DNA of 61,200 nt from Octopus sinensis (GCF_006345805.1 NW_021832972.1:1-61200), one strand, 5' to 3'; positions 37,061 through 51,079 are shown, numbered from the stretch's first letter. Notes: generated by a model not told the origin, from the sequence alone. A program made the numbers and translations.

Positions 37061-37957
37061 ATTAAAGTTAGTAATTTGTTTTTGAAGTTATGCTAATTGT
37101 TTACAGCAACTTTTGTACAATATCTTACATCTATAATGATGACTAACATGATAATGAATAACTTAGCAAGTAATGCATTGCTAAATAGGTCTGAAACATG
37201 TCTGAAGATATTTTCCTTGCCAAAATGATTAAAATAATGTCATTGAGCTAATGTCTTTTCCTCACCTACAAAATATTTTTTATTAGATTTTTAATGGTTG
37301 TTCTGTTTAAAATATGCTAATACACTAAATGGTGCATGCAAAAAAATTCTTCACTGAAATTCCCAGCTTACTTGGAGTAAGGAAACAAAAATCTTGCAGC
37401 AATTGTTATTAATTCTAAAAAAAATAAAAATAAAAAAAGGGAAGAAAATCTGTCAAGGTTAATTTACTTTCCTTGAGGAAATTCTGATCCTTACTTACAG
37501 ATAAGGGCAAACTATTGACATGCTTCAGTTTATTAGACCCCATACTTTTCTATTTATAGTTCCCTGTGCCCTAATCATATACTCACCAACAATTCATTTG
37601 CCATGCATATTTACATTTATACATTATCATAGGCTGTTTTTTAACTACCCTTCCTGCTAACATGTGTATCAAAATCTCTTTTTAGATTTTAATTTCTGTG
37701 TAATGCAAATCAACCACTCCTATATAAATGAGTTTTTGCAGGTTCAGCTCAATGGTTTTTGTTTATAAAAATTTCTGCTTAGATTTTGTAAAACTATAAT
37801 TAAAAAAAAAAAGAAAGCTAGAATTCTGACTTAAAAGCTATATATCTGTACATCAGGGTTCTAAAATCTGAGAAATATATTGAATTTTACAAAGAAACAA
37901 GTGTAATATGAATAGAGTACATTTTCTTTTAACTGTTCAAATTTATGTTTTTTCTAG

Positions 37958-38095
37958 AGTGAAATCATCAGTACAGCTTATGTTGCAGCATTGTACCTTC
38001 ATGAATGCAACTTCAAAGGCAAAGTTTATCTTGTTGGCTCTAAAGGTATAGCTGATGAACTTGATAATTTTGGCATTCAGCATACAGAAGTTGGG
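37958..38095 (+). CDS. PGP: PGP-like exon: SEIISTAYVAALYLHECNFKGKVYLVGSKGIADELDNFGIQHTEVG
   Basis: TTCTAG acceptor and GTGAGT donor; 138 nt, phase 0-0. Matches the TAY.AA.YL..KVY..G..G..EL pattern of PGP/PDXP. Confidence 0.93.
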
Positions 38096-39229
38096 GTGAG
38101 TATCTTGCTGTGAGATAGTGATGATAATAGTGGCTTGTAGGAAGAGTTTATGCTACATCACCAACTGTTCACTGATAAGTGTTCTTCTTATTGATGGTGA
38201 TTCTGTTGTTTTCATTTAGCTCAGGAATAACATTTTTCAGTAGACCTATAATCAAAGGTGTTCTAGCTGTGGCTACCTTTTATTCAGACATAAAATATTC
38301 TACTTCATCTTTACAATGCAATATTGTATTTGTTTTTTTTTTTATTATTGTTTCATGTTTACATCAAGTTTTTCCTTTATTTCTCAAAATAAGTGATTTG
38401 AAAATATACCGTTGTTGTTTGTGAGATGAGAAAAAAATTTGAATGACTGAAAATTGTTGAAGAAACTGACTGATAGAAGTCATAACAAGAACACTTGTTC
38501 TTTGACTCCCATGTGTTTGTTAATCTGCATATATAAATATAGGAGTAAAAAATATTCACTTACAAAATATTGTTAATCCATAAAGAAATTCAAAGTTGTC
38601 TGCCTTTTACTGCCTTATTATTGTTCCTGCCAACTAGTTGCCTTGCTACTCCTTAAGTTTTCTCCCTTTCCTCATCCTCCTAGAGTAGGAGAACTCAAAG
38701 AGGCTAGGGAAATAGCTTTTCCTCGTCCCCCTCCTTTTCCCCTCTTTCAGTCATCATCATCATCATCATCATCGTTATCATCATGGCCACTTTTCCATTG
38801 CTGGCATGGAAAAGTGTTGTGAGTTCAAGACAATTTTAATTCAGAATCACTACCCTTCTAAGTACCCTTCCTGCATGAGGAAGAATGATAGAAGAGAGCC
38901 AAAGTGAAAGGAGTTAAAAAGGGAAAAGAGAGAGTGGTAGATGAATAAAGAGGTGATGAAAGAAGGTGTGGTGGAAGAGTGAGAGAGATAGAGAGAGTGC
39001 AATAGGAAATGAGTGATACATGTGGGAGTTGTGTCTTCTTGGGATTGACCTTCTCAGAGGAAATTGTCTTCTAGGAAATACAAAGTTGCCCTCTGTGTTA
39101 TATGTTTCTGTCTCTTCACTACCATACACTAAAGGTGAACTTGCTCATATATAAGTTCATCTTTGAGCCTGCATCTTGTCATGGGCCTTTTAGCTTCCAT
39201 TATATTCTTTCAACATGTGATTTTGCATT

Positions 39230-39620
39230 ACTGAGTTCATCTAGTGCTTTTCCTAAAGCTGCTAATCACTACTTTATGTTGTGTGGGACATTTTTCACTG
39301 TGGAATATCTTAGTGTTCACAACTAGCTGCCTGTCCCATTCTTGAGTGAGTATGTAATTTATTTCGCTTATATAACTACCAGATTGGTTGATGATCAGAT
39401 GGTTGGTTGGTTTACTGAAGTTAGTGATGCAAATTTTTAAGATATCAGTGTTGCAGAACTCCAGGAACCTTGATAATTTGTCTTTCCTTGTGCCATATCC
39501 ATATATTCTGCATTCATACAAAGAAACCACCAAAATGTTTCCTAATATATCCATTAAAATTATTAACCATTATATGGAGATCTCCATTATTTGTAGTCAC
39601 GGTAGACAACAAAAATAGTT
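39230..39620 (-). mobile_element. RTE endonuclease-domain fragment
   Basis: RFLEFC..LKICITNFSKP..SEINYIL..CPTQHKVVIS, homologous to 46600-46900. Confidence 0.8.
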
Positions 39621-41719
39621 CTAGAAGTATGTTTCTTCATCTTCTAACACTGATGTGTATGTCGAAATGAATGTTGCTGTCATGATGCTTCTGACTAGTC
39701 TAAACTTAATTATACTTTCTTACACTCTGACTGTCTCTGCTACTTTATCTGCCCATTTCTTTACACTAGAAGAATATTTTATCTGTATTCCTTGCTTATG
39801 AGGTGTCTGGTTGAGGCTTTTTTCCATTTAATCTTTTGTACACAACATATTGCTATTTACCTCCATAATGTGACTGAAAGGCAGTATGACATTAAAAAAT
39901 GTTTTACTGCCTTCTCTCTTTCTCTTTCCATCTTTTCTTTGTTATGTATTTTCAATTGTTAATTCCTTTGTTAAAACCTGTGTTGTTCATGCTATTATAG
40001 ATCACATGATGCACAAGACGTATAAGTATCATTTCCCATCTCTGAAACATCTGCAGTTGTGTTTATATAGGTTAAGTTGTTAATATATTTCAATATTTCA
40101 CTACTAATGTGTATATATATATATATATCAATGGAAAAGAAAATAATTTCTTCAGTCACATGTTTGAAGCAACAGTAATTTTATCGATAGGGTTTTTCCA
40201 GTACATCCTCTAACATTTTTATGAAGCTTTTATAAACTTTCAACTGCAGAGATTCTGAGTCAGTAGTCATTGAAAATAAAAACAGTTTTTAAATAACAAA
40301 ATGTATTCATACACAATAGTAAATAGCTGAGAGAGGTATAAACAGTAGCTGCACGACATTGTGAAGTATATTTGCCACTTAAATGTGGCTAACCCTTAAG
40401 GGTTGATGCTACTGTAGCTTGTAGCCTCAGGAAGACATCTCCTCCTGCTAGCTATTGGCACAGTTTCTGTGCCCTATCAGTAATTGCAAAGGGAATTCAT
40501 CCTTCCCATCTCCAGCCTGACGTGATACACATGGACTTGAGTTTGTGGATATTGACCCATCATCAGTGTGTGACAACCACTGGCTGGCAATGTAAAGTGG
40601 TTCCCAATGCAAATGTATATATACTTTTTCCAGGGACATTTACTATTCCACACCAATCAAATGGCTTGATTGGATTTATGAGTGGTGCTTGTGAACTGCT
40701 GCAACTTACCAAAGAAATAGATATATATAGAGAAGGCAAGAAATTGAGAGACAGTATTGTGCATTGCTTTCATATGCAGGTGCTCATGAAGAAGAAGAAG
40801 AGAGAAAGGGAAGAAAAAGAAGGGTATAATATTGTGTGTTTTCAGTTCAGTGTAGGTAGACAGGAAGAAAACATAAATGAGAGAACAAAAGAAAGAGAAA
40901 CAGAAAAAAATTATATAGTTTATCAAGGCAAAACACTTTACAGTTGACTGGGGATTAAAACCCTGCCCCATCTTCTGTTTTTCTCTAATGATTAAACAGG
41001 ATTGTAAATGAAAAAGAAGAAAAGTTTGTTTTGATCTTATCAGTTCTGGATTACTAATTTGGCACCATCCGAGATATTCTTTGCAATGAGCTTAGTACAA
41101 TTAAGTATTTTATATAGTCCCCTGTTGCGCTATCAATCAAGGCTGCTTAAAGGGGTGTACTCACTGTTTGTAGTTCCATTGGTTCATCTAGCGTGTGTAT
41201 ATTTACAACAATTTACATTGAACATTATTTTGTTCATGTACATTTCATTGAGATAATATATTGTACTTACATTATTATGCATATGAATTATGCCAGTATC
41301 CATGGTAATTACAACCTGTTATGTCCATACCTGCTTGCAAGAAATGTTATTTCATATTTAGGATCTTTTGCATATGTTCACAAGGTTCTTCTAGCATTTG
41401 GTTTGAATGCTATCATTGATAGTTGGTGTTTGTTTCATTATGTTTTTTCAAGTTTCATGAATGATTTCTTAATTCTGTGTTGACACGAGAATACCATTTC
41501 CAAATATTTATTAATTATGTTTTTGTTGTGGTGATAGACATTAACACATCTGTGTGTTTAAAAGATGGACTTGTTGGATTGTTGTATTGTTATTGATGTC
41601 AGAGGGCGTTTTTGAATCTTGTGTTTTGGTGGGGAAGAAATAAAAAGTATGTCTTGTGAAGACATTGATTTTACTTCTGCTTCGTTAAATTATATATCCA
41701 AATGTTTTAAGATATAAAA

Positions 41720-43500
41720 GTGGCAATGAGATATTGTTGCATCAGACGTTAAAATGTTTTTGGTATGAAATCAAAGAAAAACTCATTAACATGGAAGACT
41801 TATTAGCTGGCATGGTGCAGATGCAACAACACCAACAACTACAACAGCAACAACAATACCAACAGTTGCTGGAATTAATGTTGAAGAAATCTGAAAATAC
41901 TTCAGGTTCATTCTTGCCAGGCGGCATAGCAAACTCATTGGGAGAATTTACTTATAACCCAGAAGGTACTACTTTTCTGCATATTTTAGAAGATATGAAG
42001 AAATCTTCAAAGAAGAATGTAGAAATTGGAATGCCGAGAAGAAGGTGCAACTACTTTTAAGAAAAGTGTCCCCTGCCAAACATGAAAATACTGTAATTAT
42101 ATTCTGCCGAAGAAATCAGGTGTGATTTGTTTCAATGAAACAATTTTTTATTGAAAATTTTCAATGAAAGAAGTTCCTCATTCAATACTGGCTGGCAGTG
42201 TTTAAATTTAGTTAAAAAAGATGATGTTAACAGAGAGTATGAAAAATTCAAAATAAAATGAATTAAATTCTAACCCTGGACTTGTTTCAAATGTCTAATT
42301 TTTGTTCAAGGGCTAACTACAAGCATAGATGCTGATATACATTCCCATATATTAACAAAATTAGAATAGGGCCAAAAATTAACTCTACCAGCAGTGGATG
42401 AAGAATGCCAGAGGATTATAAATTTAAGGCATGTTGCAGATAAAATTGAAGAAAAAGATTGCTCTGATATACATGCATGTTCACCTGAAGTGGATAAGAA
42501 AAAGGAAAACCTAATGTCAAAACTAAGTCCATGCTATGGGTGCAGAGGTTTACATTTTAAAAGTAACTGTCTTTAAAAATCTTAAATATTTTGAGTGTGG
42601 AAAAATCAGACATAAAGGCTCACATTGTATAGCAAAACAAAAAAAGGGTCAAACAAAAAAAATTCTAGAAAGAATGTATTGTCAAGAAAAATTCTAAGCA
42701 AGGTTCAGAAAAGAAAATTTATGTCCGTAAAAATGAATAATGTGAATATCAAGTTACAATTGGATATGGGCAATGATATCACAATAATTAACAGAGATAC
42801 ATGGAGAAAAATAAAGAAACCTAAATTAAAGGAAACTTAAAAAATTGCGCGAGGTGTTTCAGGAAAAAAATTGCATTTTATAGGTGAAATAAGTGATGTT
42901 ACATTATGTGGGAAAACCTTGAAAGCCAATTTTTTTTTTTGTTGAAAAATACTACAAATTTATTTGAAATGGACTGGATGGAATTATTTAACTTATGGGA
43001 CCTCCTCATAAATATTTTTTGTTAAAATGTAAATGGTTTTTCGCCAGTACAAATAAGGTGTAGAAGGATATAAAAAAAGAATTTAAAAAAAAATTTTCAT
43101 GAAGTTTTTTCTGATGAATTGGGTCTTTGCACCAAAATACAGACAAGTTTCAAGTGAAAGAAAACTCTATACTGGTATTTAAACCAAAATGAACTGTACC
43201 TTTCGCAGCATTGAAACGAGTCAACAAAGAATTGGATAAACTTGAAAAGTTTGGTGTTATTGAAAAAATTGATTACACAAAATCGGTGTTCCAAGCAGTT
43301 TATGTCAAGAAAAAAAATAAAATCCAAGTATGCACTGATTTTTCAACAGGTGTGGAGGAAACTTTTGTTCAAAATTGGACCTATCTGAAGCATACTTGCA
43401 GGTAAAAGTTGATGAACGTTCAAAAATATTGACAATTAATACCCATAAAGGGTTGTATAAATTTAACCATCTTCCTTTTGATATAAAAGTAGCACTTGGC
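41720..43500 (+). pseudogene. Ty3/Gypsy gag-protease-RT remnant
   Basis: PBS-like TGGCAATGAG at ~41721; FTYNPEG, PCYGCRGLH, KLQLDMGNDITII and LSEAYLQ..INTHKGLYKF..LPF, with many frameshifts. Confidence 0.88.
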
Positions 43501-43674
43501 AAAACTATTATAAAGCCACTATAACCATTCATATTTTATCGTCTCACAATAAAGCTGTCGACAGGTGATGTGACATAAAATTCAAATCTTAAATGAAAGG
43601 TTATTTCTCTATTGCAAATTATAATTGTGATTTATTCATAATTATACACACTTCTTATATGTACACACACGCAC

Positions 43675-43717
<43 letters not shown>

Positions 43718-43720
<3 letters not shown>

Positions 43721-46700
43721 TCATCATCATCATCATCATCATCATTTAGCGTCCGCTTTCCATGCTAGCATGGGTTGGACGGGTCAACTGGGGTCTGTGA
43801 AGCTGGAAGGCTTCGTCAGGCCCAGTCAGATCTGGCAGTGTTTCTACGGCTGGATGCCCTTCGTAATGCCAACCACTCCGCGAGTGTAGTGGGTGTTTTT
43901 TACGTGCCACCTGCACAGGTGCCAGACAGAGCTGGCGAACGGCCACGAACGGATGGTGCTTTTACGTGTCACCGGCACGGGGCCAGGCGATGCTGGCAAC
44001 GGACACGAACGGATGGTGCTTTTACGTGCCACAGACACGGGGCCAGACAGAGCTGGCAAACGGCCATGAACGGACGGTGCTTTTACGTGTCACAGGCACG
44101 GGGGCCAGCCGAGGCTGATAACGAACACGAACAGATGGTGCTTTTACGTGCCACCGACACGGGGGCCAGGCAGAGCTGGCAAACGGCCACGAGCGAATGG
44201 TGCTTTTACATATCACCGGCACGGGTGCCAGACGAGGCTGACAGCGGACACGAACGGATGGGTCACTTAACCCCTGCTTTCTGATATATGATTTGATTTT
44301 GATTGTTCTCACTGGTCTTGCCAGGTCTTCTCACACACAGCATACTTCCATAGGTCTCGGTCTCTGGTCATTTCCTTGGTGAGACCTAGAGTTCGAAGGT
44401 CATGCTTCACCACCTCGACCCAGGTTTTCCTGGGTCTACTTCTTCCACAGGTCCCCTCAACTGCCAGGGTGTGGCACTTTTTCACACACCTATCTTCATC
44501 CATTCTCACCACATGACCATACCAGCGCAATCGTCTCTTTTGCACACAACATCTGATGCCTCTTAGGTCCAACTTTTCTCTCAAGGTACTTACACTCTGT
44601 CGACTATGAACACTGACATTACACATCCAACGGAGCATACTAGCTTCATTTCTCGCGAGCTTACGCATGTCCTCAGCAGTCACGGCCCATGTTTCACTGC
44701 CATGTAGCATGGCTGTTCGTACACATGCATCATACAGTCTGCCTTTTACTCTGAGCGAGAGGCCTTTAGTCACCAACAGAGGTAAGAGCACCCTAATCTT
44801 TGCCCAGGCTATTCTTACTCTAGCTGTTACACTTTCAGCACACCCACCCCAACTACTGACTTGGTCACCAAGATAACGGAAGCTATCAACTACTTCTAGT
44901 TTTTCCCCCTGGAAAGTGACGGAAGTTGTTTTCTGCAGATTTTCAGAGGTTAATGCTCCCGAGCATCTGCCACATACAAAAACCATCTTCCTAGTTAGCC
45001 TTCCTATGACATTGCTGCACCTCTTATGTGTCCATAGCTTACACTTGGTGCATCTTATAGAGTTTCTACCTACACCTTTCTACAGACTGAGCAGGGCCAT
45101 CTACCTGAAGGCGTTTGTGATTTGTCTACCTTCCTACTTATTATGACTTTGGTTTTAGCTAGGTTGACTCTAAGACCCTTCGATTCTAAACCATGCTTCC
45201 ACACCTGAAACTTCTTCTCCAGTTCTGATAATGACTCAGCAATTAGAGCAAGGTCATCAGCATAGAGGAGCTCCCAGGGGCATCCTGTCTTGAATTCCTC
45301 CGTTATTGCCTGGAGGACTATGATAAATAGGAGGGGGCTGAGGACTGAGCCTTGGTGGACCCCTACCTCTACCCGGAATTCTTCACTGTACTCATTGCCA
45401 ACCCTCACCTTACTAGCAGTGTCCCTGTACATGGCTTGCACAGCTCTCACTAACCATTCATCTATTCCTAGTTTCCTCATTGACCACCATATGAGGGATC
45501 GGGGGACCCTGTCGAAGGCTTTCTCCATGTCAACAAAAGCCAGGTACAGGGGCTTATCTTTGGCTAGGTATTTCTCCTGCAGCTGCCTTACCAGGAATAT
45601 AGCATCAGTGGTACTTTTCCCTGGCATGAAACCAAACTGCATCTCATCTAAACTAACTCTCTCTCTAATTAGTTGGCTTATGAGCCTCTCTGTAACCTTC
45701 ATCACCTGATCCAACAGCTTGATACCTCTGTAATTATTTGTATCTAGGGCATCACCTTTACCTTTGTAGCAGTTGACTATTATGCTGCTACACCAGTCAT
45801 TGGGTATGACTCCTTCATGTATCACCTGATTAATTATACAGGTGACTAGGCTATAGCCGACACTACCAGATATTTTGAGCATCTCTGCAGTGATACCTGA
45901 TGGGCCTGGGGCTTTCCCTGTCTTCATGCTTCTAATTGCCTTAGCTACCAAGGAACTATCAACCCTGATAGCTGGTCCCTCTGTTGGGTCAACGTTCGGC
46001 AGACTCTCTTTCTCCCATTCATTTTCTTTATTCAGCAACCTTTCATAGTGGCGTCTCCAAGCCTCTCTCTTTGCATCCTCGTTTAGCGCAAGTGAACCAT
46101 CTTCCATGCGAACACACTTCTCTCCCACCACATCACAATTCTCTCTCACACACTGTCTTGCAACGCGAAACACCTCCAGTCTTTGGTCCTCACGGCGCAG
46201 AACATTGGCAAATTTTTTCTTATCTGCTTCCCCTCTGGCTAGATAGACCTGTCTCCTAGCTTCCCTTTTAGCAGTCTGATACAATTCCCTGCTACCACCA
46301 TTCTTCCAGTGCTTCCAAGTCTGTCTCTTTTCTCTAATAGCCCTGTCTATGACACTGTTCCACCACCACATTACCTTGGGACGAGAGGGGACTTTGCACC
46401 AGCCACAGATCTGGTCAGTGGCTCTCAGCAGGTTGTCCCTTAGAAACGTCCAGTTGTCCTCTACCCCATGTGATACTCTATCCCCTTCTACTTCATCAAA
46501 GGCTTCAAGTAACATGTCTCTAAATCTCTGTCCATTCACAGGATCCTTAAGCTTCCAGATCCTTCTTCTCCATGTTGGTCGTCTTCTGGTTGTCCTCCTA
46601 CTCCTGATCCTAAAGTCACTAACTACCAGTCTATGTTGTGGGGTACATTCTTCGCCTGGGAAGGTTTTGGCATTTATAAGTAGCCATCTCTCCCTTTGCC

Positions 46701-47213
46701 TGGCAAGGATGTAGTCAATTTGGCTGGTATGTTGGCCCGATCGGTAGGTGACTAGGTGGCTGGTAGGTTTCCTGAAGTTAGTGTTGCAAATCATAAGATT
46801 ATTTGCATCGCAGAACTCCAGCAGCCTGGTTCCCTCCTCGTTGCGGGAACCAGAGCCATTGCCTCCATGTACGCCATGGAAGCCCCCAGCATGTCGTCCA
46901 ACGTGACCATTGAAGTCACCAGCCACAAAGAGAAGGTCTCTGTCGTTCGTCAACGAGGTAGTCTGCAGTAGAGTGTCATAGAATCGGTCTTTCTGTCCAT
47001 CAGGTAGCCCCGACTGAGGAGCATAGGCTGATATAATGGTTGCTAAACTATGATGAAGCGCTAATCTAATCTTAAGTATTCTGTCGCATACTCTGATTAC
47101 CTCAATTACTTTATCTACCCATTTCTCAGCGATAAGTATATCCACGCCTCCAACCCCGTCAGTGTTCCCTGCCCAGAAAATCTTGTACCTGTGTTCCTTG
47201 CCTGTGAGTGTTC
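43718..47213 (-). mobile_element. RTE-clade LINE, near-intact ORF2 (EN partial, RT, PHD, C-terminus) plus 3' UTR with (ATG)n tail
   Basis: 728-aa ORF (AGDFNGHVG, QIDYIL, GVHQGSVLSPLLF, LLYADDL) joined by one frameshift near 45078 to the 225-aa ORF. The UTR has ~6 copies of a ~57-bp repeat at 43900-44270. Confidence 0.97.
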
Positions 47214-47355
47214 CTTGCCTATATTTATATATGTATATATATTTAAATACATGCATGCATATATATATAATTATTATTACATATTTATATTTACAAATAT
47301 ATATTTATATGTGTGTGTGTGTATGTATGTGTGTGTGTGTATATATATATATATA

Positions 47356-48542
47356 CTAGCAGTATAACCCGGCCTTGCCCTGGATTAAGCTACAATTATT
47401 AAGCTAATCAAGTTCTTTATTTCAAACCAAACTAAGTAATATAGACGTCAAATTTGGGCGAAATCCATTGAAATTAGTTATATTATATATATTTATGTTA
47501 TATATATATTATATATATTATATATATATAATATAATATAATATAAATATATATGGGCAACAGACATGAACTCACATACACACACGTACGTACGTACACC
47601 TATTGCATGTTTTGTGCACGCATACATGTTCATAAACAGAAATGAATGGAAAAATGTTGTTAAATTTGTAGATTAACACTCGCACGATTTTCACTAAGAA
47701 AAAAAATCGTTTTTTTTGCATGGAATCAACTACTCTGGCCTCAAAACCCTTTTTGTGGTCCGTGAAACGGAGTGGGGTGTGGTGGAATCCTCGCAAATTG
47801 TACCCATTTATATTGTGTAATTCACTGACAAATTGTTACTCACCTCTTTGTTTCTTTGTTGTTAAATAAATGGATTGTCAACAAAACACTTTTGTACTCG
47901 GTGTAAAATAAAAACAAAACTCTTTCGCACCCAAAGTAATGTGTGTGAGAGAGAGGTGGGGAGAAAGATGAACGATTTAAAATAAATAAATGATTTAAAA
48001 TAAATATATTGTAATTGTTGTGTGAGAAAGTATATATACTCTGATTATAAAATATAGTGTCTTTCAAAAGCATCCTCAAAAACAAAACATTTTACATTTT
48101 ATTTTTTATGAACGTCATAACTTACTCTCTCTCTCTCTCTCTCTCCCTCTCTCACTTTGTCTTTCCCGTGAAACTCTCTGCCTCCTTCTTCTACTTTTCT
48201 TTACCTTTTTTTTTTGTTAGACTCTAGCAAAAAAGCTAAGGCTGTTTATGAACATTGTCATTTACTCTCTTTCTCTCCCTCTCTCTGTTTGTCTTTCCCG
48301 TGAAACTCTCTGCCTCCTTCCACTTTTCTTTATCTTATATTTTTTGTGGCTAAAAGCTATGTCTGAAAATAGATATTTACGCTATCCACGGGTGCCTCGG
48401 TGGGGGGGGGATAAGTTGACAAAACCTAGATAGGGTGTTGACAAATGTCTTCCTAAAATTGGAGTGACATGCATGCTAATTTGTGGATGTGCATAAATTA
48501 CAATCACGTACACACACACAGACATCCTCCCTTTTTTAGATA

Positions 48543-48545
<3 letters not shown>
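47356..48545 (-). mobile_element. Non-autonomous Helitron, same family as 7636-9812
   Basis: A|TC 5' end at 48545; CTAG|T 3' end at 47356 with hairpin CCAGGGCAAGGCCGGG; internal blocks match 8040-8400 and 8750-8870. Confidence 0.75.
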
Positions 48546-48604
<59 letters not shown>

Positions 48605-49004
48605 TGTGTGTGTGTGTGTGTTTGAAGTGGTGTGCAGATATTGTGAAAATTGAGAAAAAGGAGGCAGAATTTTGGATAATTCTTTATTAGCACTTTCATC
48701 TGTTTATCAAACTCATCAAGACAAAATCAAAATGATAAGAATAGAGTGTTTCTTTGTTCATTTATATGAATCGTATTTTTTTGTTTTGTTTAGAAGAGGA
48801 GAAAAATATTTTTGTTTTTTGGGAAAAGGGAGAAAGAAAGAAAGAAAATCAAAGAGAGAGAAACAGACAGAGGAAGAAAAGTGAAGTAAAGGATGGGGAA
48901 AGGATAGGGCAGATAGATAGAAAGAGAAAGAAAGGTTTCTTTTCAACTTGATGTGGTCAACCCATTGAAAAATCATTACAAAGTATTTTTCTTTTTTTCT
49001 CTTT

Positions 49005-49832
49005 GATATGTCTCGCATTATGACGACTTAATTTCGTTGTCAGCATGACTGGCCCATACGGCGTACCTCGCTGACTGACACTACTTGCTGTGTCGGTTTA
49101 ATATTTATCCACTATTTATTAGTAGTGGACCAGCTCACTTCTCACTTGGGGGTGTCCGCCACAGCACCTTCCCCTTTGAGATTTTTTTCTTCTTTGATAC
49201 AAATAATTTTTCTCTTCAGAATGCTGCAGGTTGTACCAGTCTACATTGTCTACTGGTAGCGTTACTAACACATAGCAACCTGACTTAAATCCTTCACATG
49301 GACTTGTTATTATTTTTCTTCCACACAGAATTATTTTTCTCTTCAGAATGCTGCAGGTGGTACCAGTCTGCATTGTTTACTGGTAGCACTACTAACACAT
49401 AGCGACCTGACTAAAATCCTTCCAACAGTTTTATATTATTTTTCACTGTGTATAGTATTTCTGTGTTAGAGTTTCAGTCTTATCAGACATTTTTTTCTTC
49501 AGAATCTTTTTTCAATAGAATTTTTTTATTTTTTACCGTGTTACTCAGTTCCTTCTTCAAAGTTTTCACTGTATGTAGTTCTTCCATTTTGACACTCCTA
49601 TGAGCGTTTGTAACCTTGTTACCACTGTCATAATGACACTGTTATACAGTTAGAGGTATCCTCGTTGCCACTGATATGTCCTGCATTATGACGACGTAAC
49701 TTTATCGTCTGTGTGACTGGCCCTGTATGGCATACCTCACTGACTGACACTACTTGCTGTGTCCGTTATTTACTATTTATTAGTTGTGGACCGGCCCACT
49801 TTTCACTTGGGGTGTCTGTCAGAACACTCTTC
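49005..49832. repeat. Unclassified element: ~160-bp diverged direct repeats (49005-49172, 49672-49832) enclosing ~90-bp repeats (49209, 49330)
   Basis: Direct alignment by eye. Confidence 0.75.
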
Positions 49833-50579
49833 CTCTTCTTTCTCTTCTCATTGTATATCTATCAACATATTTGTAAATAAACACTTTTCTCACAATGGCT
49901 AGGTGACTGGGAAAGATATGAAAAGAGAGGAGAGTGTTGTCAACACTGAAAATAAAAAGAGTTCAAAGTCCTATGAAAATGTATATTCCTTTACACTTGT
50001 ACAGTCAAATCCCATATTCTGTGTAATTCCATGTTTTGCACGAACAAACATTAAGTATTAGTACAACATTCATAAAATAGAGAAATAAAGTCAGAATATA
50101 AAAAATAATTTGAGTTTGGTACTGTTTATAATTCAATCTATTCTCTATGTACATTTAATCAAACATCATAAATGACTTTTGTAATAACACATATCTTGTA
50201 TATTTAGCCGGAAGCCACTCTGTAGGATATAATTTATATAACAAAGCAGGACCTGCTTAAATATATTTTTCAGTATCTTTCATCTTTTGTAGGATTTAAT
50301 TTTCTTTTTCTTGCTTGCTCAGATAATTCAAAAGAGATCTTTTTCACAAATTACTTTGCCATGTAGCTACATTAGATGTCTTCCCTAATCAGTGGTAAAA
50401 TAGTTCTTGTATTCTTCCTCAGGTATCTGTAAGTTCTATAAGAACAACAGTTGTCTAAATCCCAATGTTATATATATCTGATCATTTATAGAGATGAGTA
50501 TCACATTATTAACAATGGAGTCACATTCAGAAACAACAGTAACAGTATGATATAAATGTTTTCTCTTCATTCATCATCA

Positions 50580-50770
50580 TCTATATATATAAAACTGAGA
50601 ACGTGTGTCTGTCTGTATGTGTGCATCACTAAAACTCAAGAACCACCTAGCCAATTTCATTCAGATTTTACACATGCCTTACTCAGGGTTCATGCAGTAT
50701 CATGGGCCAAAACAATTTTCAACTTTATGCCTTATGCAAGCCTGGAGCAATCTCTTATCTCTTACATTAT
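50580..50770 (+). mobile_element. Short Helitron-like element
   Basis: A|TCTATATATATAAAACTGAG start with (TG)n; the 3' end is unclear. Confidence 0.5.
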
Positions 50771-51079
50771 TTCAATATTACATGTCAAAATTGAAACAAG
50801 ATCTCTATTGTAAAGTGAGATAATACTTTCAGTTTTAATATTTTCACTATTAATACTGAAACTATTAAAATAGAAACTATTATCTCACATATATACATGC
50901 ATGCATACATACATACATACACACACATATACATGCATTTATATATGTGTATTTACATCTGCACACACACATACATATAGATGTATATCTATATATGTAT
51001 ACTACCAGCTAAGCCCAGTTTCACCTGGTCTGTTTGGATGATGCAGCTGTGATTGTTTTTGGTTAGGCATAATCTAAAA

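Noticed and set aside
40516-40614. 99-nt in-frame candidate for the next PGP exon (PDVIHMDLSLW...)
   Set aside because: It starts with PD as expected but lacks the LDP.V.AVVVGFD-type motif, has a weak donor (GTATAT) and lies in repeat-like sequence.
50198-50260. AG|CCGGAAGCC (PEATL) as the next PGP exon
   Set aside because: In-frame TAG after five codons.
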